Below, in pieces: positions 30,838 to 41,831 of a stretch of DNA of 64,000 nucleotides. This stretch comes from an uncultured Verrucomicrobiae bacterium. GTDB taxonomy: Bacteria > Verrucomicrobiota > Verrucomicrobiia > Limisphaerales > CAVQOW01. A program made the position numbers and the translations under genes. Each line of letters opens with the position of its first letter. The stretch's first letter is position 1. Below the pieces are notes generated by a model. The model saw only the letters and a program-made list of their open reading frames with translations. It did no database searches and was not told the origin of the DNA. The stretch covers positions 5,584-69,583 of the forward strand of contig CAVQOW010000005.1 in the NCBI GenBank assembly GCA_963714605.1. The letters run 5' to 3'.

Positions 30838-33800
30838 AAAAAAGCACGCCAGCCAAGTCTGTAGGTGATGTGGCAATCATTGGTATGGCGGGTCGCTTTC
30901 CGGGCGCTGCAAACGTCGAGATGTTCTGGCAGAACCTCAAAAATGGCGTCGAGTCGGTTACATTTTTCACTGACGAGGAACTTGCTGCAGCCGGCGTTGA
31001 TGCCGAATTGCTGAAAAGCCCGAACTACGTCAAAGCGCGCCCCGTACTGAACGGCGTGGAGCTGTTTGATGCGAACTTCTTTGGTTACAGTCCTAGGGAA
31101 GCCGAAACGATGGACCCACAACACCGTGTGTTTCTCGAAACCGCATGGGAAGCGCTGGAAAATGCGGGATACGATTCCGAGCGATTCGACGGCGCGATTG
31201 CAGTTTATGGCGGCCTTTTCCTAGAAACCTATTTGTTGGCCAACCTTTCCAGCAGACCCGGCTTTATTGAAGATTTTCTCATGGAGAAAACGCCGGAGGG
31301 CTATCAAACCTATCTGGGAAACGACAAAGACTTCCTGACCTCCCGCGTCGCTTACAAGTTGAATCTCCGGGGCCCGGCGGTGACAGTGCAAACCGGCTGT
31401 TCCACTTCGCTTGTCGCGGCTTGTCAGGCTTGCGCAAGTCTGTTGAGCTATCAATCTGACATGGCGTTGGCCGGTGGCGTGACGATCGTATTCCCTCAAA
31501 AAAAAGGTTATCTCTACGAGGAAGGAGGAATGGCTTCGCCGGATGGACATTGTCGGCCATTCGATGCCCGCGCACAAGGCACGACGTTCGGCAGCGGCGT
31601 TGGGATGGTGGTGTTGAAACGTTTGGAAGACGCGCTCGCCGATGGCGACCACATTCATGCCGTCATCAAAGGCTCGGCGCTGAACAACGATGGCGGAGTG
31701 AAAGTTAGCTATACCGCGCCGAGCGTGGACGGTCAGGCAGAGGTGATTGCGCTTGCACAAGCGCTGGCTGGCGTCAGCGCCGATAAAATCAGCTACATTG
31801 AAGCTCACGGCACGGCTACGCCGTTGGGCGACCCCATCGAGGTTGCGGCGTTGACCCAGGCATTTCGTCAAAGCACGGACAAAAAAGGGTTTTGCGCGAT
31901 CGGTTCGGTGAAATCCAACATCGGTCATTTGGATGCCGCCGCGGGCGTAACGGGTTTGATCAAGACAGCGTTGGCACTCGAGCACAAACTGATACCGCCG
32001 AGTCTGCATTTCACGCAGCCCAATCCCCAAATTGATTTCGCCAACAGTCCCTTTTACGTCAATGCAAAGCTGATTGAATGGAAAACGGTTGATGAACAGC
32101 GCCGGGCTGGCGTCAGTTCGTTCGGCGTTGGCGGTACGAATGCTCACGTGGTGGTCGAAGAGTCGTCGCCTGTTGTTCCGCCTGGCCCATCGCGACCGTG
32201 GCAATTGCTGCTGCTTTCCGCCAAGACCAGTTCAGCCCTTGACAGGGCGACAGCGAACTTGGCCGGGCACTTGAAGAAAAATCCGGCGCAGAATCTGGCT
32301 GACGCGGCTTACACACTGCAAGTGGGCAGACGCGCTTTCAACCATCGCCGAATGTTGGTCTGCCACGACGTGAACGATGCAGTGGCCGCTCTGGAGAAAC
32401 CGGACACCAAACGTGTCTTCACCCAGTCGTCCGAGCGTCGCGATTTGCCGGTGGTTTTCATGTTCCCCGGTCAAGGCGCTCAATATGTGAACATGGGCGT
32501 GGAGCTTTATCGGAGCGAAACGGTTTTTCGGGAGGCGATGAATCGTTGCGCGGAACTGCTACAGCCCCATCTCGGTTTGGATTTGCGCACAGTTCTCTAT
32601 CCGGGCGAAGGCAAAATTGAGTCGGCGCAGCAGCAACTGACCCAGACCCGTATCACACAGCCGGCGCTGTTCGCAATCGAATACAGCCTGGCGCAATTAT
32701 GGATGAGCTGGGGCGTGCGGCCCGCAGCAATGATCGGTCACAGCGTCGGCGAATATGTGGCGGGCTGTCTGGCCGAAGTTTTCCCGCTGGAAGACGCGCT
32801 GGCACTTGTCGCTGGCCGGGCGCGGTTGGTGCAGGAGCAGCCGCCGGGCGCAATGCTCGCGGTGCGGTTGCCGGAAAAGGAACTTCGTCCGCTGCTGGAC
32901 GCACAGGTTTCCATTGCCGCAATCAACGCGCCGTCGCTGTGCGTGGCGTCCGGGCCGCATGACGCAATCGAAGCGCTGGAACGTCGGCTGAAAGACATAG
33001 GTGTGGCCAGTGTGCGATTGCAAACTTCGCACGCGTCCCATTCGGCGATGATGGATCCAGCCGTCGCACCGTTGGCGGCATTGCTTAAAAAAGTTACGTT
33101 TCAAGCTCCGCAAATTCCTTACGTCTCAAACGTCACCGGTCAGTGGATTACCGCAGCCGAAGCGACAGATCCGGATTTTTGGGCTGGTCACGTGCGTCAG
33201 CCGGTGCGGTTTGCAGACGGCGTGGGTGAATTGTTGAAAGGCGTCCAATACGTGTTACTGGAAGTTGGTCCCGGCCAGACGCTCAGCACGCTGGCGCGGC
33301 AGCATCCTGCCAAAGACCCGAAGCAAGTCGTGCTGAGTTCCCTCTCGCCGACGAAAGATCAGGAGTTGCGTTCGGTGCTGACCGCTTTGGGTCAGTTTTG
33401 GCTCGCAGGCGGGTCCGTGGATTGGCAGGGCTTTTACAGGAACGAGAAGCGCCAGCGCGTGCCGTTGCCGACTTATCCGTTTGAGCGCAAACGCTACTGG
33501 GTTGAGCCAGTCAAACGGGCAGCCAGAGTCAAGCTAGAGGAAAAAATCAACCCCGAAGAAAGAGCGGACGTTGCGGAACTGGCTGGGCCCGCTGAAAAAT
33601 CTTCTGTGGTTACTACCGGCAGAGATGGCCTCATACCGGAACTAAAAAAGCTTTTCGAGAGTTTGTCAGGACGCGATCTGGCGGACGTGGACGACAGCAC
33701 AACTTTTGTTGCGATGGGGTTTGACTCGCTGTTTTTCATGCAAGCCAGTTGGGCGATTGAAAAACGGTTCCGCACCCGGATCGCCTTCCGTCAGTTTCAG

Positions 33801-36800
33801 GAAGAATATTCGACTTTCGCCGCGTTGGCTGCTCATCTCGTAGCGACCACAAAGTCTCCAGTGCAAATTGCGCCAGTTGAAACTCCGAGCGCCGCCGCAG
33901 AACCTGCGACGGCGCGGGTCGTGCCGTTGACCGAGGCGCAGCGGGAGATTTGGTTTTCGACGCGGCTGGGCGAAGACGCCTCATGCGCCTTTAATGAATC
34001 CTGCCTGCTGCATTTGCGCGGGCGATTTTCCGAGGTGGCCATGCGCACGGCCATTCAAGGTGTAATCGCGCGGCATGACGCGTTGCGGACGACGTTTTCG
34101 CCCATGGGCGATCAGCAGAAAATCGCGCCAGAACTTACGATTGAAATTCAGCTGGTGGATCAGTCGGGCCTCGAACCGAAAGAGCTGGAAGCTTGGCTGG
34201 ATGCCCGACTCACAGCGGAGGCAGCCAAACCATTTGATTTGGAAAACGGTCCGCCGTTGCGGGCCGAGATTGTCAAGCTGGCGGAGGAGCATCACGTGTT
34301 GCTGTTAACGGATCATCACATTGTTTGTGATGGCCGGTCACAGGCCGTGTTGATTTACGAGTTGGGCGAACTTTATTCCGCGGCGTGCCAGGGAACGAGT
34401 TGCACACTGCCGCCCGTCCGGCAATACAGTGCCTTCGCCCAAGAGCAGGTGCGCATCCAACAAACTCCAGAGTGGGCTGCTGCCGAGGCTTTCTGGCGCA
34501 AACAATTTACCGAAGGCGTCCCCGTTTTTGAGTTGCCCGGCGACCGTCCGAGGCCGCCGTTGAGAACCTACTCCGGCGGGCGGCACTGTGTCGTTGTCAA
34601 TACCAAGGTCTGGCAGGAATTGAAACGCGTCAGCGCCCGGCACGGTTGCACGTTGTTTACGACATTGCTGGCGAGCTACTACGCGTTTTTGCATCGCCTG
34701 ACGGGGCAAAGTGATCTGGTGGTCGGTGTGCCGACAGCCGGGCCGGCGATTGACGCGAGCGACAACTTGATTGGCCATTGCGTCAATTTCCTGCCCGTGC
34801 GCGTCCGTCTTGCCGATAATCCAACCTTTGCCGCGCATCTGACTGGGGCAAAGCAGATTTTTTTGGATGCCATTGAATATCACCAATGCACCTTGGGAAG
34901 TTTGATGCAGAAACTGAATCTGGCGCGCGACCCGAGTCAACCGTCACTGGTGTCGCTCGTGTTCAACTTTGGCCGCGTCCAGCATCCCTTGAAGTTTTAT
35001 GGGCTGGAGGCTGAGTTTGCCGTCAATCCAAAGTGCAACACGAGCTTTGATCTCGGCGTTGAAGTCCGCGAACGCGAGAGCCAACTGGAGATGGAATTCT
35101 ATTACCGCACCGATTTATTCGATGCGGAGACCATCCACCGCTGGATGGGACATTTTCAGACCTACCTCGAAGGCGTGGCCGGCAATCCCCATCAACGGCT
35201 GGATGAATTGTCGCTGTTGACAGCAGCCGAACAGCGGCAGTTGCTGGCGGGATGGAACGACACCGAGGCCGATTACCCACGCGGCCAATGGATACACCAG
35301 CTTTTCGAGGCGCAAGTGGAACGATCACCGGATGCGGTGGCGTTGGTGTGTGGCGAGGAGCGGCTGACTTATCGCGAACTGAATCGTCGCGCGAATCAAT
35401 TGGCGCATCACCTGCAATCGTTGGGCGTGGGGCCGGAAGTGTTGGTGGGTATCTGCGTGGAACGAACCGCCGCAATGATGGTGGGATTGTTGGGCGTGCT
35501 GAAAGCCGGCGGCGGTTACGTGCCGCTGGATCCGAAATATCCACAGGAACGGCTCGCGCTCATCTTGGAAGATACGACCGCGCCTGTATTGTTGACTCAG
35601 CAACGGCTGTTGGGAACGTTGCCCAAGCATGGTGCGAAAGTGGTTTGTCTGGACAGCGATTGGGCCAGTGTCGCAGATGCTTCGGAAGACAATTCCGTCA
35701 CACGTGTCACGGACAGCAACATCGCTTACGTGATTTACACCTCGGGTTCGACTGGCCGGCCGAAGGGCGTGGTCATCGAACATCGGAACACAGTGGCATT
35801 TCTACATTGGGCCGGGTCGGTGTTTTCACAGGAGGAAATTGCCGGGGTGCTGGCTGGTACTTCGATTTGCTTTGATCTGTCGGTGTTTGAGTTGTTCTTC
35901 ACACTCAGCCGGGGCGGCAAGGTCATCTTGGCCGAGAACGCAATGCAATTGCCCGAATTGCCGGCAGTTGGGGAAGTGACGCTGATTAACACTGTGCCGT
36001 CAGCCATCACGCAACTGCTGCGATTGGGCAATCTGCCGCCATCGGTTCAAACTGTTAATCTGGCGGGCGAGCCGTTGCAGACCGCGTTGGTGCAACAAAT
36101 TTATGAACACAGCGCGGTGAAGAAGGTTTACGATCTTTACGGCCCCTCCGAAACCACCACCTACTCGACCGTGGCGTTGCGAAGCGCCCAAGGCCGGGCG
36201 ACCATCGGCAAGCCGATTACCAACACCGAAATCTATCTGTTGGATGCCCATTGCCAGCCGGTGCCAATCGGAGTGCCTGGCGAAATGTACATTGGTGGAG
36301 ATGGTGTGGCGCGGGGTTACTTGAAGCGGCCTGAGTTGACGACTGAGAAATTTATTTCGCATCCGTTTAGCACGACAAACGGCGCGCGGCTCTACAAGAC
36401 CGGAGACCTCGCTCGCTTTCTGCCTGACGGCAACATTGAATTCCTTGGGCGTATTGACAATCAGGTGAAGATTCGCGGATTCCGGATTGAGCTCGGAGAA
36501 ATTGAGGCCGTGTTGGGACAGCATCCGGGAGTGAAGGAAACCGTCGTGGTCGCGCGCGAGGATCAAACCGGCGATAAACGTTTGATAGCTTACGTGGTAG
36601 CCGCCCGCGCCGGAACGCTGACGAGCAGCGATCTGCGCGCATTTCTCAAGGAAAAGCTTCCCGAATACATGGTGCCGGCGTTTTTCGTGCGGTTGGATGC
36701 GTTGCCGTTGAGTCCCAATGGCAAGGTGAATCGCGCCGCGCTGCCGTCGCCGGATTTAGGCGGTATTGGAAGTGAAAAGAAATATGTGCCGCCGGGAGAT

Positions 36801-37794
36801 TCTTTGGAGGTCCAACTCGCAGGTATTTGGGAAAAAGTTTTAGGCGTCCATCCGATTGGGATCAAAGATAATTTCTATGACTTGGGAGGGCATTCGCTGC
36901 TTGCCGTGCGGTTGTTTGCTCAAATCGACAAAATACTCGGCAAGAAATTGCCGTTTGTCACCCTTTTCGAAGCGCCGACGATTAAACAGATGGCTACCAT
37001 TCTTCGCAATCAGGGCTGGCAACCGCGGTGGTCATCGTTGGTGGCCATTCAACCCGGCGGTTCCAAACCGCCGCTGTTCTGCGTGCCGCCGGATGATGGA
37101 ACGGTGCTTATCTTTGCCGATTTGGCACGGCATTTGGGAAAAGACCAGCCGCTTTACGGACTTGAACCAGTGCAAATGTGGGGCAAGGAGCGGGTGGCCT
37201 ATTACGTCGATCAAATTCAGGCGTTCCAGCCGCAGGGGCCTGTACTTTTTGTGCGGTCGTTGTGGAGGAGGTTTGATTGCTTTGCAAATGGCCCGGCAAT
37301 TAATGGCGCAAGGCGAAAAAGTCGCGTTGTTGGTGCTTCTCGGTACAGGATTTCCTCCCGGCTTCAGGCAGCCTCGATTTCATGGGGTTCGCCGCTTGGG
37401 GTATCTTTTGCGCCACCATCCCGCTTACCTTTTCGCGCCGCACAACATCTGGTACACGCTTCAAGTCAAGACATACGCCCACAGACGCAAGTTTAGGAAA
37501 AGGTCTGCACACATTTTTTCCAGCATCAAGGCTGGCCGGTTTCGCGGGCTGTGGAAGACTCCCGTGGAAATCAACCTTGATATCATCAACGAGACGAACC
37601 AAATGTACCCAGGCCGGATCACACTGTTTGAAACGAACGATTTCACCCGCTCTGCCTGGTTGGAAGTGGCCACCGGTGGAGTCGATTGCCAGACCATTCC
37701 CACGGGTCACATGACGATGTTGATTGAACCCTATGTCCGGGTTCTGGCGGGAAAGCTAAAGACCTGCCTGGATGCGGCACAGGCGGAAAGTTGA
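30834..37794 (+). CDS. Hybrid PKS-NRPS: KS-AT-ACP-C-A(Ala predicted)-T-TE (1-nt insertion ~37241)
   Basis: KS TGCSTS/HGTAT/NIGH; AT GHSVG, HASH; ACP GFDSL; C HHIVCDG; A code DLFNNALTYK; T GGHSL; TE GRCGG and GH. Confidence 0.92.
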
Positions 37795-37803
37795 GCCGGG
37801 ACA

Positions 37804-38553
37804 ATGACAGTCACCTCGCTAGCATGGCAGTCAGCGCCGAATCGTTTGACGCTGCCCGCTGACGAAGTTCACGTGTGGCAGGTCGCGCTGGATTTGGATG
37901 AGGTATCGCTCTGCTCTTTGCGTGGGCTGCTCAGTCCGGATGAACAGGCACGAGCTGATCAATTTCGTTTTCCAGTCCATCGCGGAAGATTCATCGCCGC
38001 GCGGGGGCGGCTTCGGGTGCTGCTGGCGCGTTACTTGGAAATCGAACCGGCCATGTTGCGATTCAACTATGACGCCTATGGCAAACCCCGCTTGTCCGCG
38101 GATTCCAGCAAAAATGATTTACGCTTCAACGTGGCGCATTCCGATGGGCTGGCTTTGTTTGCGGTCGCGTGTCAGCGCGAAGTCGGAGTTGATCTGGAAC
38201 GAATTTGGGCGAAACGAGCAAACAAGCAAATCGCTGAAAGATTCTTCTCGCCGGGTGAGGTCGCAGCGCTCCACGCACTTCCGAAGGAGTTGCAGGTGGA
38301 AGGTTTTTTCAATTGTTGGACTCGCAAGGAGGCTTTCATAAAAGCTCTCGGCAAAGGACTGGCATTCCCTTTGGATCAATTCGAGGTATCGCTTGTACCG
38401 GGAGAACCAGCGGCACTTTTGAGTTCGAGGGGTGAACCAGAAGCCACCTTGCTTTGGACTTTGCACGATCTCGCGCCAATTCCCGGCTACGCGGCAGCGC
38501 TCGCCGTGGAAGGGCGCGGATGGCGGCTCCAATGCTGGCAGTGGCCAACTTGA
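37804..38553 (+). CDS. Sfp-type 4'-phosphopantetheinyl transferase
   Basis: GKP, FNVAHS, VGVDLE, WTRKEAFIKALGKGL. Confidence 0.93.
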   Translation: MTVTSLAWQSAPNRLTLPADEVHVWQVALDLDEVSLCSLRGLLSPDEQARADQFRFPVHRGRFIAARGRLRVLLARYLEIEPAMLRFNYDAYGKPRLSADSSKNDLRFNVAHSDGLALFAVACQREVGVDLERIWAKRANKQIAERFFSPGEVAALHALPKELQVEGFFNCWTRKEAFIKALGKGLAFPLDQFEVSLVPGEPAALLSSRGEPEATLLWTLHDLAPIPGYAAALAVEGRGWRLQCWQWPT

Positions 38554-38640
38554 GACGCCTCTGTATGGAAACACCCTGCAGATCGGTCAGGTGAATACAC
38601 GTCAAACACTTCCACCTGCGCCGGGAAGTCGAATTCCCGC

Positions 38641-38669
38641 TTGCCACGCCCGGGGCGCTCGAGTTCAAT
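38641..38669 (+). promoter_or_regulatory. Candidate promoter for tRNA-Phe/lptF
   Basis: TTGCCA-17 nt-TTCAAT, 14 nt before the tRNA. Confidence 0.45.
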
Positions 38670-38683
38670 ATGCGCTCTTGACT

Positions 38684-38759
<76 letters not shown>

Positions 38760-38798
38760 CTTTCTGAGTGCAATTGGCGGCCCAATCGCGCCCGCTTC

Positions 38799-39962
38799 AT
38801 GAAAACACTGCACGCGTATCTGACCCGGCAAGTCATCGCTTCGCTGTTGATGACCGTGGTTGTGTTCACGTTCGTCCTCCTTCTGGGCAACGTGCTGAAG
38901 GAAATTCTCGGGCTGCTCATCAACCGACAGGCGACCGTCGGCATTCTGGTTGAAGCCATCGGCCTCCTCATTCCGTTCGTTTGGGTTTTTGCGCTCCCGA
39001 TGGCGATGCTGACAGCGACGTTGCTGGTTTTCGGCAGGTTCAGCGCCGATCAGGAACTCACGGCGGCCCGTGCCAGCGGTGTCAGTTTGCTTTCGCTCAT
39101 CACGCCCATTTTGCTTTTGAGCCTGTTGTTATGCGGTGTGAGCGCGCTGGTGAACCTTGAATTCGGCCCGCGTTGCCGTGTCGCCTATAAGAATCTCATT
39201 TTCAAACTGGGAACGGAGTTGTCCCGCGTCGAACTGCCTGAAGGCCGTTTCATCAAGGATTTTCCCGGCTACATTTTTTACGTCGGCAAAAATCGGAACC
39301 AGAACCTGGAGGACGTGATCATTTACGAACTGGAAGACAAGACCAATGTCACCACGGTGTCGCGGGCGCGGCGGGGACACCTTGAAGTGGACACGCCAAA
39401 CCGGCAAATCAACCTCCATCTCTACGACGTCAACAGCGTTCGGCTGTCAGACGGTTGGACGGCGTCGTCGAGTCATGCCCTGCTTCCCATCTCGCTTGAC
39501 CAGTCGCAAACGGATCAGAGCAAGCCCGGCGTCAGCGACATGACGTTCAGGCAATTGCAGGACGAACTGAGCGACATGGAGCGTCGAATCCAACTGCCCG
39601 CGTCGCTGCGAAATCTTTCCGCCGGGGAACTCCGCGACAAACGCCGCGAATGGGAAAAACAACGCTGGGACCTTACATCGCCGATTCGCGTTCAGATCCA
39701 CCGCCAGGTGGCGTTTTCGTTTGCATGTTTTGGTTTTACCCTGATCGGTATTCCGCTGGGCATCCGCCTGCATCGGCGTGAAACCAACATCGGCATAGCC
39801 GTTGCGCTTGCGTTGGTGCTGATTTACTACAGCTTCATTGTCTTGGGCCAATCACTCTCCACCCGGCCTGAATTCGCGCCGCATCTGATTGTCTGGCTGC
39901 CAAACTTCATCTTTCAGGCCGTGGGCGCCGTGTTGCTCTGGCGCGCAAATCGCGGCATCTGA
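38799..39962 (+). CDS. LptF/LptG family permease
   Basis: [44 protein letters not shown]. Confidence 0.9.
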   Translation: MKTLHAYLTRQVIASLLMTVVVFTFVLLLGNVLKEILGLLINRQATVGILVEAIGLLIPFVWVFALPMAMLTATLLVFGRFSADQELTAARASGVSLLSLITPILLLSLLLCGVSALVNLEFGPRCRVAYKNLIFKLGTELSRVELPEGRFIKDFPGYIFYVGKNRNQNLEDVIIYELEDKTNVTTVSRARRGHLEVDTPNRQINLHLYDVNSVRLSDGWTASSSHALLPISLDQSQTDQSKPGVSDMTFRQLQDELSDMERRIQLPASLRNLSAGELRDKRREWEKQRWDLTSPIRVQIHRQVAFSFACFGFTLIGIPLGIRLHRRETNIGIAVALALVLIYYSFIVLGQSLSTRPEFAPHLIVWLPNFIFQAVGAVLLWRANRGI

Positions 39963-40005
39963 ACTTGCCGCTGATTTCCTTTCGGAGGTTGCCTAAAATA
40001 AAAAT

Positions 40006-40041
40006 TTGACATTATTCGTTCTATACCTACCGTTCGGTAGG
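40006..40041 (+). promoter_or_regulatory. Promoter with overlapping palindromic TetR operator
   Basis: TTGACA 40006-40011; perfect inverted repeat CCTACCG-TT-CGGTAGG 40026-40041 over the -10 region. Confidence 0.7.
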
Positions 40042-40049
40042 TTTTGTTT

Positions 40050-40655
40050 ATGTCCAAAGATGGTCCTGGAACACGACAGCAGATCCTGCGCGCGGCCCTC
40101 AAACGGTTCGCGAACTGCGGTTATGCGGCCACCTCCGTGCAGCAGATTGTCGGTGACGCGAAGGTTTCCAAACCGGCGCTCTATTACTATTTTCCGGACA
40201 AGGCAGGACTGTTTCAGGCGCTCGTGAACGAGGCGCACGACGAGCGGCTGCGCGTGGTGCAGCAGGCCGCGGCCCGCGGACGCAATTGTCGCGGACGACT
40301 GGTTGAAATTCTTGCGGCCTTGTTCGATTACTTCCACAAGAATCACGAGCTGACGCGAATTGCGTTTGCCACCGCATTCGCCGCGCCGGGCGAAGTGCCG
40401 GCGGATTTGTGTTACCTCGACCGGTGCCAGCGCAATCTCAACTTCATCCGCGCGCTGATCCGGCGCGCGCAAAAAGACGGCGAACTGGACAACCGTTTTG
40501 ACAGCCGTGATCTGGCGTATGGATTTTACGGACAGGCGCACCTTTATATCGCGGCGCAGTTATTGATGCCGGATTATCGCCTGAACCGACGGGCCGCGGA
40601 GCGCATCGTGGATTTGTTTCTCGCCGGAGCGGGCGTGAAAAAACGTCGGAGTTGA
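40050..40655 (+). CDS. TetR/AcrR family regulator
   Basis: TRQQILRAALKRFANCGYAATSVQQI..VSKPALYYYFPDK. Confidence 0.93.
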   Translation: MSKDGPGTRQQILRAALKRFANCGYAATSVQQIVGDAKVSKPALYYYFPDKAGLFQALVNEAHDERLRVVQQAAARGRNCRGRLVEILAALFDYFHKNHELTRIAFATAFAAPGEVPADLCYLDRCQRNLNFIRALIRRAQKDGELDNRFDSRDLAYGFYGQAHLYIAAQLLMPDYRLNRRAAERIVDLFLAGAGVKKRRS

Positions 40656-40690
40656 AGCAGTTTATCTGGAGTTATCTTCAGTTCAAAAAC

Positions 40691-41815
40691 ATGAAACGAA
40701 AAATCGCAGTTGCCATCTTCATTGTGTTGCTGATTGTCGGCGGTCTTGCCGGGACAAAGATTTTGCAGATCAGAACACTCATCGCCGCCGGAAAATCGTT
40801 TGTCACTCCGCCGGAATCTGTTTCCACCGCCGTGGTGCGGGAGGAGAATTGGCAAAACACCCTCACCGCCATCGGCTCCATCTCCGCCGTTCAAGGTGTA
40901 ACGGTCACGCCGGACATTCCGGGCACCGTGCGTGAAATCGCTTTTGAGTCCGGCGCGGTGGTGGCGAAAGGCGACCTGCTGGTGCGTCTCGACACCTCGT
41001 CTGAAGAGGCCCAGCTCGCGGCCATTCAAGCGCAGGTGGAACTGGCCCGCATCAACCTGGCGCGAATGCGCAATCTCCGGACCGACAACACCGTTTCGCA
41101 ATCCGATCTGGATTCCGCCGAGGCTGCGTTCAAGCAAAACCAAGCCAACGCCGACAACATCCGCGCCACAATCGAAAAGAAGACCATTCGCGCGCCGTTC
41201 GCGGGCCGGTTGGGCATTCGGCTGGTCAATCTCGGTCAATACTTGGATGCGGGCAAACCTATTGTCTCGCTCCAGTCGCTCTCGCCGGTGTATGCAGATT
41301 TTTCGCTGCCTCAGCAGGAACTAGCCGGGCTGAAAACCGGGTTGCAAGTGCGCGTCACGACCGACGCTTATCCGGGCAAACATTTCGACGGTACGCTGAC
41401 CGCGATCAATCCCGATCTCGACTCCTCCACGCGCAGCGTGGGTTTGCAGGCCACGTTCGAAAATCAGGAACAATTGCTCCGGCCCGGCATGTTTGCCCGC
41501 GTAGAGGTGCTGCTCCCGGATGGGCAATCCGTGCTGGTGATACCGTCCACTTCGGTCCTCAGCGCGCCGTATGGCGATTCAGTTTTTGTGGTTGAGACGA
41601 ACACAAACAGCATCAGCCCTGGATTGATCGTGCGCCAGCAGTTCATCCGCACCGGGCGCACACATGGCGATTTTCTCAGTGTGGAATCGGGACTTAAACC
41701 CGGCGAACGAGTCGTCAGTTCGGGCATTTTCAAACTTCGCAACGGCATGTCCGTGGTTGAGAACAACGATCTGACGCCGAAGGCCTCGGAGAAACCGCGT
41801 CCGACAGACAGTTGA
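40691..41815 (+). CDS. RND efflux periplasmic adaptor subunit
   Basis: N-terminal TM, lipoyl motifs GTVREIAFESG / IRAPFAGRLG, LRPGMF. Confidence 0.92.
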   Translation: MKRKIAVAIFIVLLIVGGLAGTKILQIRTLIAAGKSFVTPPESVSTAVVREENWQNTLTAIGSISAVQGVTVTPDIPGTVREIAFESGAVVAKGDLLVRLDTSSEEAQLAAIQAQVELARINLARMRNLRTDNTVSQSDLDSAEAAFKQNQANADNIRATIEKKTIRAPFAGRLGIRLVNLGQYLDAGKPIVSLQSLSPVYADFSLPQQELAGLKTGLQVRVTTDAYPGKHFDGTLTAINPDLDSSTRSVGLQATFENQEQLLRPGMFARVEVLLPDGQSVLVIPSTSVLSAPYGDSVFVVETNTNSISPGLIVRQQFIRTGRTHGDFLSVESGLKPGERVVSSGIFKLRNGMSVVENNDLTPKASEKPRPTDS

Positions 41816-41831
41816 TTCCTTGGATACGTTC

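Larger units (their letters stand above)
26399..38553 (+). other. Hybrid NRPS-PKS biosynthetic gene cluster with carbamoyltransferase and PPTase
   Basis: Four co-oriented genes with gaps of <=9 nt or overlaps, between mlaD and tRNA-Phe. Confidence 0.92.
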
